From Calditrichia bacterium (GTDB lineage Bacteria > Calditrichota > Calditrichia > JAJRVZ01), in NCBI GenBank assembly GCA_963796965.1, contig CAWCNS010000005.1:800001-864000 (forward strand): a stretch of DNA of 64,000 bases. Direction: 5' to 3'. Of this stretch, positions 42,987 through 52,794 are shown one piece after another (positions within the stretch are counted from its first letter, which is position 1; every line of letters starts with the position of its first letter). The notes under the pieces are model-generated. The model made no database searches and was not told the origin of the DNA. It saw only the letters and a list, made by a program, of their open reading frames with translations. A program made the translations under genes and the position numbers.

Positions 42987-44084
42987 ATGACAGAAAAAGC
43001 AATCGGCATATTACAACGTCTACCCAAAGGGAGCGGATTTTTGAGAGATCCTTCCCTGTCTTATCAACCTGGATCAGAGGATGTTTGGGTCTCTCCTAAA
43101 TATTTCTCTGAACACAGACTCGTGGAGGGTGTGGAGGTTCAAGGTAAGGCAGAAAGGGGTAAAAAAGGATTTCAACTCATTAGTGTAGATAAGATTGGCG
43201 GATTATCACCAAAAGAATATAAAAATCGAACACCTTTTGACCGGCTCCTTGCTGTTAATCCCAGTGACCGATTTCACCTGGGAGAAGGAGGTGATAAAGC
43301 CATGCGTATTATTGATTTAATTGCCCCTATCGGCAAAGGAACCAGGGGCATGATCGTCTCACCGCCAAAAGCCGGAAAGACAACCATCCTGGAAAATATT
43401 GCCCACGCCATTAATGACATCGAACCGGATACCAGAGTGATCGTATTGTTAATAGATGAGAGGCCGGAAGAAGTTACCCACTTCAGACGTAATGTTCAGG
43501 CAGAAGTTTTGGCCAGTTCAAGTGATCATAGTATCGAGACACATGTAAAACTTGCTGAATTAACGCTATCTCATGTGCGCTGTGAGTTAGAATGTGGCAG
43601 GGATATCGTTGTTCTTGTTGACAGTCTCACACGGCTTGCACGTGCTTTTAATTTACATAATCCAGGCTCTAACAGAACGATGTCAGGGGGGTTGGATGCC
43701 CGGGCAATGGAAATTCCCCGCCGGTTCTTTGGGATGGCCCGTAATATAGAGGACGGTGGTTCAGTTACAGTCATTGCCACAGCGCAGGTTGACACGGGTT
43801 CACGAATGGATGATTTTATCTTTGAGGAGTTTAAAGGTACTGGTAATAGCGAAATCGTTCTGGATCGATCTATTGCTGAGGCAAGAATCTTTCCCGCCAT
43901 CAACATCTTAGCCAGTGGAACAAGAAGAGAGGAACTTCTTTTTAATGAAGATGAGATAGACAAAATTGCGCTTTTACGTAGAGGTTTGGCGGGTATGGAT
44001 CCGAGAGAAGCAATGAAAGGCATGCTTAAGCTGATAAACAAAACATCAAACAACACAGAATTACTTCAAAATTTTACTTATTAG
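42987..44084 (+). CDS. rho: Transcription termination factor Rho, short form
   Basis: 'G.GFLR', 'APIGKG.RG.IV.PPKAGKT', 'LIDERPEEVT', 'DSLTRLARA', 'FEEFKGTGN'. Confidence 0.92.
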   Translation: MTEKAIGILQRLPKGSGFLRDPSLSYQPGSEDVWVSPKYFSEHRLVEGVEVQGKAERGKKGFQLISVDKIGGLSPKEYKNRTPFDRLLAVNPSDRFHLGEGGDKAMRIIDLIAPIGKGTRGMIVSPPKAGKTTILENIAHAINDIEPDTRVIVLLIDERPEEVTHFRRNVQAEVLASSSDHSIETHVKLAELTLSHVRCELECGRDIVVLVDSLTRLARAFNLHNPGSNRTMSGGLDARAMEIPRRFFGMARNIEDGGSVTVIATAQVDTGSRMDDFIFEEFKGTGNSEIVLDRSIAEARIFPAINILASGTRREELLFNEDEIDKIALLRRGLAGMDPREAMKGMLKLINKTSNNTELLQNFTY

Positions 44085-44520
44085 TACATTTTTTTTTCAA
44101 ATTTTAAAGGCAGTTCTTCTTCAAAACACCATCCCCAATATTCATTTTTTTCAAATGACTGCATCAGGGTATGACCTGTTTTCTTATAATGGTCTGAAGC
44201 ATGCTTGTTTTTAGAAGATTCACAGCAACCCACATGACCACATTCCATACAAATGCGCAAGTGTCCCAATCTTACTAATTAGTAAAATTTTCCGACGACC
44301 AAATTTATCTGACCATCTTCCTAAAACAGGTGCACCTATGAGTTGAAACACAGAATAGGTAGCCCCCATAATTCCATAAATAAAAGCATTACCCCCAAAT
44401 CGCGTCACTAGAAAAATTAAAAATGGTAATACAATGCTAAAACCTAACGTTCCGACAAAATTTATGGAGAGGATCGGATATAATGAGATTGGAGTTGATG
44501 TAGTTCTATTTGTGATATCA
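44081..44520 (-). pseudogene. Chimeric remnant: N-terminal MFS (TetA-like) fragment joined to the 3' half of a UBP-type zinc-finger gene
   Basis: 'GTLGFSIVLPFL..GRWSDKFGRRKILLIS' ends near 44270, where 'HLRICMECGHVGCCESSKNKHA..H' begins in another frame. Confidence 0.65.
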
Positions 44521-44813
44521 ATTTTTCCTGGTTTAATACTGATTTATAATAAAAACGCATTTGAAGTTAGGGTATTCCCTTCCAATGGCTGAAATAGTTT
44601 TCTTTTTTTCGCGTAAATAGGTGGGTGTAAAAAGTTAAAAATAGAAATTAGCCTCTAAAGATCATGATTCTTGCATTCCGGTAGGATTTCAGGAGGAAAA
44701 CAATCTTTCGGGATTATCCCGTTTACTTTTAATAAGCCGTCATTTTTTTTAAATGAATAAAATAAATGCCTATATTAGTACAAAGAAAATACAATATTTG
44801 ATTGGGAGGACAT

Positions 44814-45149
44814 ATGGGGGAAAAAGGCGCGCGTTTAACCGATCAGGCGAACAAGTCATGGATGCACATAGTGCAATCATTATCTGATTTGGAAAACATA
44901 TCCAGCAGAAAAATGTTTGGCGGTTTTGGTATATTCAAAGATAAAACGATGTTTGGATTAGTGAATTCTAATGGAGTTTTATTTTTTAAAGCTGATAATT
45001 CTACAATACCAAAATTTGAGAAAGAGGGATCTTCGAAGCACGGAAGAATGCCATATTATGAGGTTCCTGATAAAATTTCACAAGATAAAAATAAACTTCT
45101 GGAGTGGGCCAGCGAAGCCATCTCAATAGCTGAAGCCGGCAAGAAATAG
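44814..45149 (+). CDS. TfoX/Sxy N-terminal domain protein
   Basis: 'RKMFGGFGIF', 'LFFKAD', 'MPYYEVP'; GGAGG RBS. Confidence 0.82.
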   Translation: MGEKGARLTDQANKSWMHIVQSLSDLENISSRKMFGGFGIFKDKTMFGLVNSNGVLFFKADNSTIPKFEKEGSSKHGRMPYYEVPDKISQDKNKLLEWASEAISIAEAGKK

Positions 45150-45209
45150 TCTATTCTGTTCTCATTATATATATGTATCAGGAAAATTGAAAGGTAAAAA
45201 ATTATTTGT

Positions 45210-45277
45210 GTCATCCCGAAGGGATCTTTCAGCATGAAGACATCCAAGTTCGTGTTAGAAGACTCTTTCAGAGTGAC
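45210..45277. repeat. GTCA-type REP pair
   Basis: GTCATCCCGAAGGGATCT and AGACTCTTTCAGAGTGAC are imperfect reverse complements. Confidence 0.55.
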
Positions 45278-45338
45278 AGAAGTAATTTAATAGGATTATT
45301 AATAAACTTGAATTAGTCACCACCAAATTTCTCTTGTA

Positions 45339-47126
45339 TTGAAAAAGTTAAATTATATTCTACTACTTGGAATAGTTCTTATATTTCCCTTGTATGGACA
45401 AATCCTCCCTCCCGAACTCTCCTGGGATGGAAAAAGTCAACGATTTATACGTCCAAAATCTGATCAATGGGTAACACCCGCCGAGCGAAGTGATTTTAAA
45501 TTAAGTCCGGAATATAATAGCACAATCAGCTGGTTAAAGATGCTGGTCAATCACTCACCTTATCTGACCATGCATAAAATCGGTAAGACATATCAGAATC
45601 GGGACCTGTGGATGGTTATTGCTTCAAAGGAGAGTGTCAATTCCTCATCGGCCTTAAAGAAAAACAACAGGCCTACCCTCCTTTTTCATGCTGGGATTCA
45701 CTCAGGAGAGATAGACGGCAAAGATGCCGGTATGATGTTTTTACGGGATGTTGTGCAGGGGAGATCAGGCCTGCTGGATAGTATCAATATTCTCTTTATC
45801 CCCGTTCTTAATCCTGATGGCCATGAGCGTTCTTCTGTTTACAACAGGGTCAATCAACGCGGGCCCCAAGAAATGGGATGGCGAACAAATGCCAGAAACC
45901 TAAATCTGAACAGAGATTTTACAAAAGCAGAAACACCTGAAATGAGGGCTCTGATACAAGTCTTTAAAGAATGGCCCGTCGACCTTTATCTTGATATTCA
46001 TGTCACAGATGGAATTGACTATCAATACGATATAACATTTGGCTTCAATTACTGGAATAGTTATTCTCCGAATATCAGCCAATGGATGCAAAAAGTATTA
46101 CGTCCTTTCGTGAATAGAGAATTATCCAAAGAAGGTCATATTCCCGGCCCTCTCATTTTTGCCAAAAATAATAAAAATCCAAAAGAAGGGATTGTTGCCT
46201 GGTCAGCCTCCCCCCGCTATTCTAATGGCTATGGAGACGCACGACATTTACCAACTATTCTCGTTGAAAACCATTCACTTAAAAACTTCAGGCAAAGAGT
46301 ATTAGGAACCTATGTATTTCTGGATGCAGTCAGCAGACTACTTGCCCATAAAGGAAAAGAGTTACAGGCGCAAACCACCAAAGATTTAATGCTCCGCCCC
46401 AATAAAATAGCCATTGGAACGGATTGGAAAGTCAGTAAATTATCTCCAGACTCTATCACCTTTCTCGGGATTGATTATCAAGAATATCAATCATCTATTA
46501 CCGGGACAAATGAAATAGAATGGCTGGGGAGAACCAGCAAATATAGATTACCAGTTTATATTATCTTTCCAAAGTATCAAATTAAATCCCCGACAGCTTA
46601 CTGGATCCCGTCTTCGAGAAATGATATAATTGAAAAGCTTGATCTTCATGGTATTGAAATGACAATTATTGAGGAATCCATAGATATAGAAGTCGAACTC
46701 CAAAAAATTGTTGGCCATACATTAGCTAAAGAAACGTATGAAGGAAGGGTTCAGATTACTATCGATTCGTTGGTGAACGAGATACATGTGCAGCAATATC
46801 CTTCCGGCTCTGCTCGCGTTTCGACAGATCAACCTCTGGGGATCCTTGCCATGTTATTGTTAGAACCCTACAGCAACGATTCATTTCTTCAATGGGGTTA
46901 TTTTCATGAGATCTTTCAGCGTACGGAATATGTAGAAAGTTATGCTTTGGTACCTCTAGCGGAGCAAATGTTAAACCAAAATCCCCCCCTTCGCAAGGAA
47001 TTTAATATAGCCTTAAGGGATACTTCCTTCGCCAATGATCCAGTTGCACGAATACAATGGTTTTATCAACGCAGTCCTTATTACGACAAGGAATATTTAA
47101 TCTATCCCGTCGGACGGGAGAATTAA
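45339..47126 (+). CDS. M14 family zinc carboxypeptidase, secreted
   Basis: 'GIHSGEIDG', 'NPDGHE', 'NLNRD', 'DIHVTDG'. Confidence 0.85.
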   Translation: MKKLNYILLLGIVLIFPLYGQILPPELSWDGKSQRFIRPKSDQWVTPAERSDFKLSPEYNSTISWLKMLVNHSPYLTMHKIGKTYQNRDLWMVIASKESVNSSSALKKNNRPTLLFHAGIHSGEIDGKDAGMMFLRDVVQGRSGLLDSINILFIPVLNPDGHERSSVYNRVNQRGPQEMGWRTNARNLNLNRDFTKAETPEMRALIQVFKEWPVDLYLDIHVTDGIDYQYDITFGFNYWNSYSPNISQWMQKVLRPFVNRELSKEGHIPGPLIFAKNNKNPKEGIVAWSASPRYSNGYGDARHLPTILVENHSLKNFRQRVLGTYVFLDAVSRLLAHKGKELQAQTTKDLMLRPNKIAIGTDWKVSKLSPDSITFLGIDYQEYQSSITGTNEIEWLGRTSKYRLPVYIIFPKYQIKSPTAYWIPSSRNDIIEKLDLHGIEMTIIEESIDIEVELQKIVGHTLAKETYEGRVQITIDSLVNEIHVQQYPSGSARVSTDQPLGILAMLLLEPYSNDSFLQWGYFHEIFQRTEYVESYALVPLAEQMLNQNPPLRKEFNIALRDTSFANDPVARIQWFYQRSPYYDKEYLIYPVGREN

Positions 47127-47127
47127 T

Positions 47128-47454
47128 TTGAATAATTCGAGGAATCAACCCAGTAAAGATTGCTATGCTGTAATATTTTCATCCCAACGAACGAGGGATA
47201 AAAGCGGATATGAAGAGATTTCTGAGAGAATGGCGGATTTAGCAGCAAAACAGCCAGGATTTATAGACTTCGAATCTGTGCGTGACGATATTGGTTCAGG
47301 CATTACAATTTCCTACTGAGAGGATAAAAAATCGATTGAATCATGGAAAACCAACGTTGAGCACCTCGCTGCACAAAAGACCGGTAGAGAAAAATGGTAT
47401 CTTAATTATAAGGTCCGCATCTCAAAAATTGAACGATCATATGAGTTTAAATAA
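47128..47454 (+). CDS. Antibiotic biosynthesis monooxygenase (ABM) family protein with in-frame TGA at 47317-47319
   Basis: 'YAVIFSS', 'QPGF', 'GITISY*EDKKSIESWK..EH..AQ..GREKWY' reads on in the same frame to TAA at 47454. Confidence 0.72.
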
Positions 47455-47482
47455 AGATGCTAATTGAATATAAGGAAGCATT

Positions 47483-48067
47483 ATGCAATTAAAACTTATT
47501 TCTGTTTCGATCCTTTGTTCCTCATTTATCCTGCTGTTATCAACGTCAGTGAAGGCAGGTGATGAACGAAACTTAAAAGTAGGTGATCCCGCCCCGTCTT
47601 TTATTGCCAATGACCAGAATGGTGATTTATGGAAATCCAGCGACCATTTAGGTAAGAGTAAATTAATAGTCTATTTTTATCCCATCGCAATGACTGGCGG
47701 TTGAACTAAACAAGCCTGTTCCTACAGGGACCGTCAGCAAGTTCTGCTGGAAGAAAATGCGACTATAATTGCCATTAGTGGTGATGCCGTTTCAACACTT
47801 AAAATCTTCGAAGAAACCAATAAGTTAAATTTCACCCTACTGTCTGATATCACATCCGAAATTGCACAAAAGTTTGGTGTACCAATAAAAGCTGGTGGAT
47901 CAATAACAAAAGAGATTAATGGAAAAAAAGTCATCCTCCATCGCGCATACACACCAACACGATGGACCTTTATCATAGATGAAGATGGTATCATTACCAG
48001 AATCGATACAGAAGCCAAGGCCAGTGAAGATGGGCAGAATGTTTTAAACTTTTTACAGAATCAATAA
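47483..48067 (+). CDS. Secreted BCP/PrxQ-type peroxiredoxin, probable selenoprotein (UGA at 47702-47704)
   Basis: 'LKVGDPAP.F', 'YFYPIAMTGG[TGA]TKQAC', then 'AISGD', 'LNFTLLSD', 'RWTFIIDEDG' in one frame. The TGA is at the peroxidatic Cys position. Confidence 0.85.
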
Positions 48068-48257
48068 CAAATGGAGATACGGGATGATAGATGTAGGATT
48101 GGGAACATTGAATATTGTAACTGGGAATTTACTAAATCATGAATGATTTAGTCCCGATTAGTCGATTTTCGAAGACCACGTTCTACAGGGGAGGACGAAA
48201 TCTTTTGTCGGGAAATTGTCATTTGGATTTAGACATTTGTCATTTTGGGGAGGCTCT

Positions 48258-49553
48258 ATGTACAAAACTAAAAATTTAAATCTGTTAGCCTATCTTTCCA
48301 TATTAGGTATGTCAGTCTGTATAATCTCTTGTCATGAAAGTCAAAAAAATCTACACCCGAACATTCTTTTCATCATGGCGGATGACATGGGTGTTGAAGT
48401 ATTAGGGAGCTATGGTGGTAAATCCTACACCACACCAAATTTAGACAAGTTGGCAGAAACGGGTACGCGATTTACCAATTGCCATAGTACACCTGCCTGC
48501 TCACCTACGAGAGTAAAACTCTTAACCGGTCGCTATGGATTCCGCACAACGCAAGTATGGGGATATATTCCAGAAAATGAAGTTACATTTGGGCATATTT
48601 TATCTGATGCCGGATACAAGGTTGCCATTGCCGGCAAATGGCAAATGGCCCTACTCAAAGATGATCCAAACCATATTGCCAAAATGGGTTTTCCGGAGAG
48701 TGCAGTATTCGGCTGGCATGAAGGACCCCGGTATTATAAACCTCTCATTTATCAAAATGGTCAAATAAAAAAAGATGTTGCCGCGCAATATGGACCGGAT
48801 GTATATAGCGATTTTTTGATCGATTTTATCAAGACAAATAAAAATTCACCTTTTTTTGCCTACTACTCCATGGCACTTGCTCATGATGTCAGCGACGATT
48901 TCACACCTCCACCACCTTTTGGACCCCACGGTCGATATGACACGTATAAAGAACAAGTTGAATATTTGGACAAAATGGTCGGCAAAATGGTTAAAGCACT
49001 AGAAGATTTAGGATTACGGGAGAATACCCTTATTTTATTTACTGCGGATAATGGTACCCCCTATCGCTTTATTACCAATTATGAGAATGGTAAATTTATA
49101 AGAGAAAATATATTTTCAGAAATCGCTGACACCTTGATTCAGGGAGGAAAAACGTCAACCACTGATGGGGGTACACACGTTCCTTTAATCACTAATTGGC
49201 CAGGTAAAGTCGCAGAAAGAGAAACGAATAACGATTTGATTGATTTCTCTGATTTTTTTCCTACATTTGCAGAACTAACGGGCGCGGTACTTCCCAAAGA
49301 TGTAATTATTGACGGCATCAGTTTTGCCCCTCAAGTATTTGGTAAAAAAGGAAAACCCAGGGAATGGTTGTATACCCTCTTTAAAGATCAGGACTGGGTA
49401 AGAACCAAAGAGTGGAAACTCTATCGTGATGGCCGGATGTATGATCTAAATGCCGATCCATATGAATTACATCCGATCGAGATCAAGAATGCATCCGAAT
49501 CTACACAAGAAATAGGACAATTTCTTGCCAAGATCATGGCAGATCTAAGATAG
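48258..49553 (+). CDS. Sulfatase (S1, Cys-type) lipoprotein
   Basis: 'PNILFIMADD', 'CSPTR..LLTG', 'GKW'. Confidence 0.9.
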   Translation: MYKTKNLNLLAYLSILGMSVCIISCHESQKNLHPNILFIMADDMGVEVLGSYGGKSYTTPNLDKLAETGTRFTNCHSTPACSPTRVKLLTGRYGFRTTQVWGYIPENEVTFGHILSDAGYKVAIAGKWQMALLKDDPNHIAKMGFPESAVFGWHEGPRYYKPLIYQNGQIKKDVAAQYGPDVYSDFLIDFIKTNKNSPFFAYYSMALAHDVSDDFTPPPPFGPHGRYDTYKEQVEYLDKMVGKMVKALEDLGLRENTLILFTADNGTPYRFITNYENGKFIRENIFSEIADTLIQGGKTSTTDGGTHVPLITNWPGKVAERETNNDLIDFSDFFPTFAELTGAVLPKDVIIDGISFAPQVFGKKGKPREWLYTLFKDQDWVRTKEWKLYRDGRMYDLNADPYELHPIEIKNASESTQEIGQFLAKIMADLR

Positions 49554-49702
49554 AATCCTCTCATGAAATCGCTGAGAGTCCACGAATTCTCGAAAATTTC
49601 TACAAATTTTGCGAATTATTTTTAGAGATTTATGACAGGACACTTGTAATTGGTAATTAATTTATAATTCTAAACTAACCATTCATAATTGCTTTTAAGA
49701 CT

Positions 49703-50140
49703 ATGGACGAAAATTACAATATTCGAAATGTTAACAAGAATGATGCAGCAGGTATTTTAGAGATTGCATTAGAATTAGGCTATCCGGCTTCCAACAAAAC
49801 CGTCAATGATCTTGTTAAACTTGTTATTGAGAACAATGATCATCAAATAATCTTAGCAGAGGAAGATGTTAAGTTATTGGGATATATTCATTTACATTCG
49901 GTAAAAACTGAGAGCAATCAAAAAACCGAGGTTTCCGGCATACTTATTCCTGATTCACATCGAAAAAAAGGATTAGGAAGTAGATTCCTAAAAGAAGCTG
50001 AAAAGTGGACCAGGAGCAGAGATCACCAGGTTATCAGCATTCGGACGAATCTAATCCGTCCTGAAGCAATTCCCTTTTTTAAACATCACGGTTTTCGACT
50101 TGACGTCACACAAGATGCGTTCGTAAAGCAATTGGCATAA
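49703..50140 (+). CDS. GNAT N-acetyltransferase
   Basis: 'ELGYP', 'HRKKGLG', 'F..HGF'. Confidence 0.75.
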   Translation: MDENYNIRNVNKNDAAGILEIALELGYPASNKTVNDLVKLVIENNDHQIILAEEDVKLLGYIHLHSVKTESNQKTEVSGILIPDSHRKKGLGSRFLKEAEKWTRSRDHQVISIRTNLIRPEAIPFFKHHGFRLDVTQDAFVKQLA

Positions 50141-50334
50141 AAAACAGAGGTTGGTACATTTTTTTCCGCGATGTTCACCAATTAATCCTCCAAAATGGCA
50201 ATCCTTTGAAGGGCTCTATCGAATTTTCATATATGAACAAATCTATTCTAATTATTTAAATATTAAAATTCGTGTAATTCGTGGATATTTTTTAAGAATA
50301 TCCCTCATACGATACAATAACAATCAGGGAAGAT

Positions 50335-51339
50335 ATGAACAGTAGAGAAAGAATTCAAAAAATCATCAATGGCGAAAAAGCGGATCGCTGTGGCCTTTGG
50401 TTGGGCAACCCACACCCGGACACCTGGCCAATTCTTCATGAATATTTTAATACAAATAGTGAAGAAGACCTAAAAATAAAGTTGCACGACGATATCCGCT
50501 GGATTATGGGTGGCAGGTATATACATCCACAAGGAAAACCCATATTCGAATTTCAGCGGCAGAATTCCTCACATGGGGCAGCCGGTTATTTTGCAGAATG
50601 TGTAGATATACAGCAAGTTGAAGAATATGACTGGCCAAATCCTGATTATCTTGATTTTAGCGACACCTTGAGCCAATTAGAAAACACGGGTGATTTTTAT
50701 CGGGCCAGTGGATTCTGGTCCCCTTTCTTTCATGAAATGATGGATTTCTTTGGAATGGATAACTATTTTATAAAAATGTATACCAATCCTGAAGTCATTC
50801 ATTCTGTTACCCAACATATTGTTGATTTTTATCTTGAAGCTAATCGTAGATTTTTTGAAGCAGCGGGATCACTTATCGATGGTTTCTTTTTTGGTAATGA
50901 CTTTGGGACACAGCTCAATCTTTTTGTTGAGCCGGAATTGTTTCACGATTTTATTTTCCCCTATTTTCGTCAGCTTACTGACCTTGGCCACCAATTTAGT
51001 TACCAGGTAATTTTACATTCTTGTGGTGCTATCCATAAAGTCATTCCAGATTTGATAGATCTTGGTGTTGAAGCGCTTCACCCGCTTCAAGCAAAGGCAT
51101 CAGATATGAATGCGGAGAAATTGGCTCAAGATTTTAAGGGAAAAATCGCTTTTATCGGTGGAATTGACACACAGGAGTTGTTGGTTAACGGCACACCGGA
51201 AGAAATTAAAAAAGATGTCAGAAGGGTTATCAATTTACTTGGTCCAAACCTGATTGTCAGTCCGAGCCATGAAGCAATTTTACCCAATATCCCTGCCCGG
51301 AATATTGAGGCAATGGCTCAAGAAGCACTTCGTATTTAA
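50335..51339 (+). CDS. Uroporphyrinogen decarboxylase family protein
   Basis: 'MNSRER', 'GNDFGTQ', 'ILHSCG', 'LHPLQ', 'GGIDTQ', 'SPSHE'. Confidence 0.82.
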   Translation: MNSRERIQKIINGEKADRCGLWLGNPHPDTWPILHEYFNTNSEEDLKIKLHDDIRWIMGGRYIHPQGKPIFEFQRQNSSHGAAGYFAECVDIQQVEEYDWPNPDYLDFSDTLSQLENTGDFYRASGFWSPFFHEMMDFFGMDNYFIKMYTNPEVIHSVTQHIVDFYLEANRRFFEAAGSLIDGFFFGNDFGTQLNLFVEPELFHDFIFPYFRQLTDLGHQFSYQVILHSCGAIHKVIPDLIDLGVEALHPLQAKASDMNAEKLAQDFKGKIAFIGGIDTQELLVNGTPEEIKKDVRRVINLLGPNLIVSPSHEAILPNIPARNIEAMAQEALRI

Positions 51340-51351
51340 GTTCAATTAATC

Positions 51352-51507
51352 TGTACAAATCCTCGAGGCTCTGCCTCGCGGTTTCCTATTTTTCCCTCTC
51401 CTTTAGGAAGGTGTTGGGGAGAGGTAAATAAATGAAATTCTGTTATTCGACATTTGTGTCGAAATAAAACTGGTAAAATACCACGATAGGCATCGGGGGT
51501 AGTCACT
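51352..51507. mobile_element. Possible non-autonomous IS200/IS605-like or REP composite element
   Basis: Left hairpin CCTCGAGGCTCTGCCTCGCGG, right hairpin TACCACGATAGGCATCGGGGGTA followed by GTCAC, internal CCCTCTCC..GGAGAGG palindrome. Confidence 0.45.
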
Positions 51508-51552
51508 TTTATAGAATTTCTTTATTTCGACAAATTTTTGGTAAAGGCAATG

Positions 51553-51753
51553 TTACTTTGTCTTATATAGAGCGGCATCGAGGATTGACCATAAATGAAT
51601 AATCCAACCTAACAGAAAAAACCATAGTATACCTGCTAAAACAAAATGTATAATCGCCATTATTAATCTGCCTTGTAACAACTGACCCAATCCCGGAATA
51701 AAAAAGCTTGCCAGAGCGGCAATTACATTCCCAGTACTACCTTGTCCAGACAT
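51553..51753 (-). CDS. Small membrane protein
   Basis: GAGG RBS; 'ASFFIPGLGQL.QGR' motif; two TM segments. Confidence 0.72.
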   Translation of the reverse strand: MSGQGSTGNVIAALASFFIPGLGQLLQGRLIMAIIHFVLAGILWFFLLGWIIHLWSILDAALYKTK

Positions 51754-52172
51754 AATGCCTCACGGTTATTGACCTTAGACCAAGAATCATTAAATTAGTG
51801 ACCATAAATATATAACAGTATTTAATTATTTTCCAGAGAGTTTTTATGATTAAATCAACTTATATCCAAATAGCAGGCTCTTTTTTTAATTCTTATATTT
51901 CTTGCTTTTTCAAATACATTTGCCCAGAGCCAGATTCAATTAAAAGATTCTGAGGATTCAAAGCTTGGCCACGAATGCAAATCAAAGTGTTGCGTGTCTT
52001 AAATACTGACAAGTGAACATTATTATAGAGCGTATTTACGCACATACTGGATTACCTTAAAATAGCTTGAACCCAAAGCACCAGACAGGTAACTTATTCT
52101 TATTAAATAGAATCAATATGAGAAAACTGTCCTGGTCAATGGGCAGGAATTAAAAAAAGGAGATGGTAACAT

Positions 52173-52652
52173 ATGACGGTTATAAATAATAAGGTAGTTG
52201 AAATTCATTATGTTCTAAAGGATAAGGATGGAGAATTATTAGATAGTTCTGAGGGCCAGAAACCATTAGCCTATATCCATGGAATTGGTAATATCATTCC
52301 CGGGTTGGAGCAAAAACTTGAAGGAAAAAAAATAGGAGATAAGGTCAATGCCATCATTGCACCAGCCGATGGGTATGGCATACGTGAGGAAAAATTAGTC
52401 CATAAGATTCCAATGTCAAATTTCAAGGACAAAAGCCAGGTTAAATTAGATGCCCAATTCCGTGTTGAGATGGAAGACGGGCCACGCATTGCAACAATTA
52501 CCCAGATAGAGGAAGAAGAAGTAACTGTAGACATGAACCATCCCCTGGCTGGGGAAGAACTCCACTTTGATGTTGAGGTCATGACTATTCGTGATGCAAC
52601 GGAAGAAGAGATCTCCCATGGTCATGTGCATAATGGAGATCACCATCACTAA
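52173..52652 (+). CDS. slyD: FKBP-type peptidyl-prolyl isomerase SlyD
   Basis: 'YIHG.GNIIPGLE', 'VDMNHPLAG..LHF.VEV', His-rich tail. Confidence 0.92.
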   Translation: MTVINNKVVEIHYVLKDKDGELLDSSEGQKPLAYIHGIGNIIPGLEQKLEGKKIGDKVNAIIAPADGYGIREEKLVHKIPMSNFKDKSQVKLDAQFRVEMEDGPRIATITQIEEEEVTVDMNHPLAGEELHFDVEVMTIRDATEEEISHGHVHNGDHHH

Positions 52653-52794
52653 TAATTTATTTCAATCTCTTTGTTATTGCCGCCAAAGATTTAAAGATAT
52701 ATATTCATAAGACTAATACATATATGAGTTAATCTGAATTTAAATAGTATAATAATAATTAGAAAAGATTGATAATGTGTTGTAAATAGGAGAT

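Noticed and set aside
7257..47704. Genome-wide UGA reassignment (code 4 or 25), suggested by three in-frame TGAs
   Set aside because: The three sites align to Leu, Trp and Cys respectively, and many genes end correctly at TGA (e.g. 14881, 26544, 31114, 42678, 56073).
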